A stretch of 64,000 nt of DNA from Selaginella moellendorffii (Eukaryota; Plantae; Lycopodiophyta). Position numbers and translations under genes: made by a program. The notes beneath the pieces are model-generated. The model ran no database searches, was not told where the DNA came from, and worked only from the letters and a program-made list of their open reading frames with translations. The stretch covers positions 2,521,839 through 2,585,838 of the forward strand of contig NW_003314267.1 of NCBI RefSeq assembly GCF_000143415.4, written 5' to 3'. Below, one piece after another: positions 58,701 to 64,000 of this stretch; position 1 is the first letter of the stretch; every line of letters begins with the position of its first letter.

Positions 58701-61700
58701 TGAGACACCTTAACACTCTAGAACACCTGGTGATGGTGTTTGATGTCGCGAGGGCAATAGATAAGGCCCAAGGGACTAAGTCCCTAGTGAATGATGGATA
58801 GAAGGTGCTATCTAAATGTCCAAAGTTGTAAAGACGGAAGAAGTCCGTCTATCCGAATCGGATAAAGCCAAAAATGGAATTTTGGCAAGGTTAGTGATGG
58901 GCATATAAAGGCCCATATGTAGCAACATTAATCCTGGTGTGTGGGATTATGGTGAGCATACCCAGATTGAGGAACCACTCCCTAGGCCGTTGGGTAGGTT
59001 CATCCCCAAGAATATTTGCTAAGGTAGATTGAGATAAGATATTCACCAGTAAGTTCTAAAGATGGTAAAAAGTGCAAAGCTATCCTCCTAGTTTAGTGGC
59101 GAATAACCAAAGGAAATATATGAGGCCAAAAGCAAGTAGTAAGGGGATAGAACCAAACCATAAGAATCAAAGAGCATAACCAAAGGTGGTTATGTCAGTT
59201 GGAAGTGGAGAATCAAGTGGGCGCTCGAGTATGTTGTTATTAACAACCGTGGTGTCATGAAGAGTCTAAAACATGGAATTGTCCATGCTAAACCATATGG
59301 CAATTGGAAAGCTTGCAAAAGGAGAGGCCTTAGCAAGCTAAGGGACAGAGTTCCTTCAAGTTCCCAAAGACGATTCTAGATAGCTTAGTACCTAGAAAGG
59401 CCAAGTGTAAATGGTTCCTAGAGCACACAAAATTAGAGTGGCACAACAGAAGCATGGTCTTGAAGTTGGCCATGAGGAGAGGCTATCAAGGTTGGGGAAG
59501 TAGTTCCCGAGTGTTCAAAGAGAAGGCTTTGAATGAAAGTCGATGATTAAGAACTTTCACGTTTATGCATGAACCATGTTACGGTGGCTGGATGACTTGC
59601 TAAGTGAGATTGGCAAGTCAAGGGGACAAATCCCCTAGTTGAAGGTGCTAACTTCAAAAGGGGTGGCCCATGGGGCCGAGCATGGAGGAGTCCATGCATG
59701 ATCCCAGGCTTGTCAAGTGAGAGGACTTGGCAATGCGGGGGAACTAGGTTCCTAAGTTGTGATCTATAGCGCACTTTAAGTATAAGTTGGTGCACCGGCG
59801 TGGGGAGTCATGCCAGGCATTTAGGGTGATGCCGTCCGTAGATGCATATACGAAGGTTGGGTTCGAGTCCCGACCCTCTAGTGCTTGGGTTTGAGTCAGG
59901 GCATGGTGATGGTTTGGAATATGAGGACACTCATATTTCGGTGGTCATAGACTCTCAATGAGGAGATTGGCTTGGGCACACCGCCAAGCGGGGGATGCCC
60001 TGGAGTCATGATGCACAGTTAGATTGCTTAGAGTGAAAGCTCGGCATATCTAACTTGAACACTTTAGTGCAAAGGGCACCAAGGACGTGGTGAATAAGAT
60101 GGGAACACCCAGTCTCAGTTGCTATGGGTCCCTGGCCGGAAGGGCTAGCTTGGGCCCACCACCAAGTGTGGGGGATGCCCCTGGGGTCATAGTCAACAAC
60201 TTAGAAGGGTCTGGAAGACCTAGTTCCTATTGGTAGACCTATTAAGGGGTCAAGATGAGATCACTAAGTGATCTTGTGGCTAAACAAGGACAAAGTCTTT
60301 GTTTGGGTTAAAGAATATGATTCCTAGTTCAAAGTGTTGATTTGAACTATTGATAATGGTGTGGCTTGGTCAAGGGGACCAAGTGGGAAGAACACCTAAA
60401 GAAAATGAGCTATGTCAATGCTATGGCATAGCAAGTCCGAGGAAAGTAGTCTCTATAAGAGATCCAAGGGAGGGTCTCAAAAGTTAGGCCGTGAATAGAG
60501 CCCACAGCAGAAAATGTTAAAGAGACATATTAGGGGTGAACACCCTCTAGACCTGGCAAAGCAAAGTGTTTGCTTGGAACTGAAAGGAAACCTCGAAAAT
60601 GGAGGTAGCAATTCTATGTTGCTGGGTGCAACAATCAAGGATAGGAGCAAAAGACTAGTGGCTAAGAAAAGAGCCATGGGAATCATGAGAAAGAATCCAA
60701 ATGGCAAAGTTAGGCCGAGAACACTAATGTGTTGGGTGCTAACGGATTGTGGGAAAGGCAATGTTTCCCCAAGGGTGGATTCCCAACCGCTCCGATTTGG
60801 CGAAAGTGGATGCTCCAAAGGGGGGAGTGGTAAGGTAGCCAAATAATAGGGCCGTAGGCAGCCCTAGCACCAATTATGATAACTGGAACTTAGTGCCAAA
60901 GGTGGCACGATATCGAAGAGAGGATGATGGTACCCTCAAGTAAAGCACTTCCTAGGATAGGGAAGTGGAGTTGCACCATGTGCAACGTAAGGTGTTGGAG
61001 ACACCTAGGAAATTGACTCTGAGAAGTCAAAAATTTAGGTCAATGGAATCTTAGACTACTCAAGAATGAGTAGTGGAATTGAGTTAGAGAGGGTGTTTCT
61101 AACGGGTTTCGCAAGAACTAAACCAATAAAAGGGAGCAAACCACCCCAAGTGGTCGAGTGAGTTTCTAGGTTGGAGAGACTATAATCCTTAGAGGATGGA
61201 CAAGGCATGGTGAGCCTTCGGGGTTAAACCATAGACAAATATTGGCTGGGTGCCAAGGATGGAAATGGTAATACCTGCGGGTGTTACTTTATAAAAGGGG
61301 ATGAGGACATCAAGCTTCGTCTATGGGTGGTGGAGTTGTGAGACACAAATCCCTAAGCCCCAAAGTGGAGCTGAAAGGGTGCCATGTGGTAGTGGCCGAA
61401 GCAAAAGCCAAATGAGTGTAACACGTTTGGATTAAAAGGCTCCAACTTGAAAGGTTGAGAGTGGGAGTGGAACTCCCGATAGAGTGCTCAAGGAACAAGC
61501 ATAAAGCGAGCAATAAGCGAGGCTCTAAAAAGGGACCCGAGTTGGAGTCCGAGGTGGAGTCCAAGATGGAGTCCGAGATGGACCGAGATGGAGTCCAAGA
61601 TGGAGTCCGAGATGGACCGAGATGGAGTCCAAGATGGAGTCCGAGATGGACCCGAGTAGGAGTCCGAGATGGACTCGAGTTGGAGTCCAAGGTGCAGTCC

Positions 61701-62009
61701 GAGATGGACCGAGATGGAGTTCGAGATGGACCTGAGATGGAGTCCGAGATGGACCTAAGATGGAGTCCGAGATGGACCGAGATGGAGTCCGAGATGGACC
61801 GAGACGGAGTGCGAGATGGAGTCTGAGATGGACCCGAGATGGAATCTGAGAAGGACCCGAGATGGAGTCTAAGGTCGAGACCGAAACTGGGATTGGGACC
61901 GAGACCGAGACCAAGACCGAGACCGAGACTGGGACCGAGACTGGGACCGGGACCGAGACCGAGGCCAAGGCCGAGACCGAGCCCGAGCCTGAGTCCGAGT
62001 CCGAGTTCG
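55708..62009 (+). mobile_element. Nested degenerate LTR retrotransposon with long (about 1.58 kb) repeat-containing LTR
   Basis: 5' LTR 55708-57284 (TG..CA), followed by TGGTATTAGAG (tRNA-iMet-like PBS). The 3' LTR starts at 61337 and is truncated at about 62009. The internal region has no long ORF. Confidence 0.8.
55905..56288 (+). repeat. GAGATGGAGTCC / GAGACC / GAGTCC tandem repeats inside LTR (second copy 61535-62009)
   Basis: Directly visible 12-mer and 6-mer arrays. Confidence 0.95.
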
Positions 62010-64000
62010 GAATAAAAGTAATGGAAGAAAAGGTAGAAGTAGAGGGACGAAGAAGTACAAAAGTGAGGAATGAATGAAATATAAGGAAGTATGAGACAAG
62101 GGGGAGAAGCCTCAAAGTCACACTTAGCATGATTGCACTGCAACCAATCCATACCAAGGATGAGGTCAAAAGCTTGGCTCGGCACCACCCACAATAATTG
62201 CAACTCAAGCTTGAGATTGCCCACACGCACAACTAGGTCCACCTCATCCCATGCACATACATGTGTACGGCCGTTGCCATAAAGAATGAAAACTGGTTCC
62301 ACCGCACGACGCAAGTGTAGACGGCAATGTGTGGCAACAAGTCAAGCAATAGAAAATAAACTCGAGCCTGTATCAACCATCACAGAGAGAATAATAGGAA
62401 ACCTCATGTTATAAAAATGTGTTTGGAAAGTAAACATTGGATGAACCGGTGCCAAGTGAACCCCTTGATGATACTCCCGAAAGAAAGATGAGAGGTCACT
62501 AACTTATTCGAGCAAGGTCCCTCCATTACTCACGTGACTCCTTATTTCCTGAATGCATCTCAGTGTCCAAACCTTCCACTGCAGCAGCACCAACAGGACG
62601 TTGTTGACGCCAAGGTCTCCACCCAAGAAATGGAGGTCGCCAATCTAGAAAACGCCCATAATGCCGATAAGTGTGACCAACTTCATCACATGCTCAACAG
62701 CGAACATCATAGCCATAACCACGTCCTCACCCTTGTCCTTGGACTCGAGCAATAGTAGCATCAGCCTCCATTGGAATAGGACCATCGCAAACAAAAAGTG
62801 GAGCTGAAGGACGGGCATTGAAAAGTGGAAGAGGCAACGTCTCATAACGTTGTGCTAAGCAAAGAACATGGTGAAGGGTGGCGAGAATAAGTGCATGCAC
62901 CAATCTGACAAGATCTTGATGAAGTGCTAGCCACAACATTCCTAGCTTGATCCGCTCCGACATATTTAACTCCGCACGAGGCAAAAGACTTCGGAAACGA
63001 ATGCCAAATTACATCACAGACTCAAATGGCCCTTGGTGAAGATGATGCAATTGTTAGAAGGCATCATCACAATCATTGGCATGTCTGAATGCACATTTGA
63101 AGACGTTTGGGAGAACACTCTAATCCCCATGAGTGGTTACGCTCAAATCATTGTACGATTGCAATGCTGTCCTTTGGAGACATATGGGAAACTCATGCAA
63201 ACGTCTAGCATCATCCCAAGAATGATATGTGGCAATCACCGTGAAGTGATCGAACCAATGGTACACATCATCCCCAGGATTCCCACGAAAGAACTCTGGT
63301 CGAACGTGAGGATTGGCACCAAGAGCAGGAGGATTTGTACCACATGCTGTGAATGCTGCCATCAATTGAGTTTTGTTGTTCAATTGCAAGCGCATAGCAT
63401 CAAGCAATTGTACCAACTGTTGCTCTAGAGTCAAAAGAAGAAACTGTTAATCTGCCATGAACATGAATGAAAAGGAAAGAACAAAAGAAGAGAAATGATA
63501 AAAAGCTAGAAGGAAATGGAGATCTAGACAATACAAAAAACTAGATCTAAATCAAAATTCTGAAAGGAAAGAATAAAAGAAAGGAAATGGAAAAAGCTAG
63601 ATCTAACCCAAAATCCTGAAAGGAAAGAATAAAAGAAAAGAAATGGAAAAAGCTAGATCTAGACAATGCAAAAGCTAGATCTAAACCAAAATCCTAAATC
63701 TAAGCACTCTTTAGGGACAATCAAAAGTGCCCCTCACCTCCACTAATGTGAGTGTTTAGAATATGGAAAAAGAATACAGAAAATGTGTATATCAATTAGC
63801 CCAAAAACCCTAGCTTATAGAAGCAAGTGGTCCGGATTGAAACTAATCTGACAGCTACCAAATTCCCACTATGCTAATATTAGTATATGGCATCCTTGGC
63901 GTACATTTGGCCCTCATAATATTAAACATTGATTATAAATTTTTTAGAAAAGTTTAAATAATTTGTTGTGCTTTGCAGCACATTTGATTTGCTTTGGATA

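Larger units (their letters stand above)
52843..63918 (-). mobile_element. Second copy of the short-LTR Ty3/gypsy element, carrying two nested insertions
   Basis: LTRs at 52843-about 53006 and 63747-63918, 4-bp TSD ATAT, and gag/PR/RT (FIDDVLI)/RH/INT remnants collinear with 9169-14080. Confidence 0.92.

Overview
Eukaryotic nuclear DNA from a compact land-plant genome with short GT-AG introns, a centriole/cilium gene (SSNA1/DIP13) and many PLS-type PPR genes. The best guess is a lycophyte such as Selaginella (inference). Conserved genes at both ends of the genic part: ASG2/WDTC1-like 3' end, WOX, DTC, SSNA1, NRS/ER, PIG-F, an SRA-domain gene, GASA and 14-3-3. Two retrotransposon blocks (about 6.8-19 kb and 52.8-63.9 kb) contain short-LTR Ty3/gypsy elements with 4-bp TSDs and a tRNA-Ala PBS, nested LTR elements, and Cassandra-like LTRs carrying 5S rRNA promoter sequence. 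A rapidly rearranging island at about 19.7-41.1 kb holds PPR genes, orphan ORFs, a gamma-TMT-like tandem pair, a Crinkler/RHS-type P-loop NTPase-restriction-endonuclease-fold gene, and a coiled-coil PD-(D/E)XK gene. It also shows an inverted duplication with reciprocal gene loss and several micro-inversions. Most notable: a WOX13-type protein fused to a WOX8/9/11/12-type C-terminal domain, the two nuclease-fold genes, and the 5S-bearing TRIM. All family assignments are by motif recognition, with no database search.
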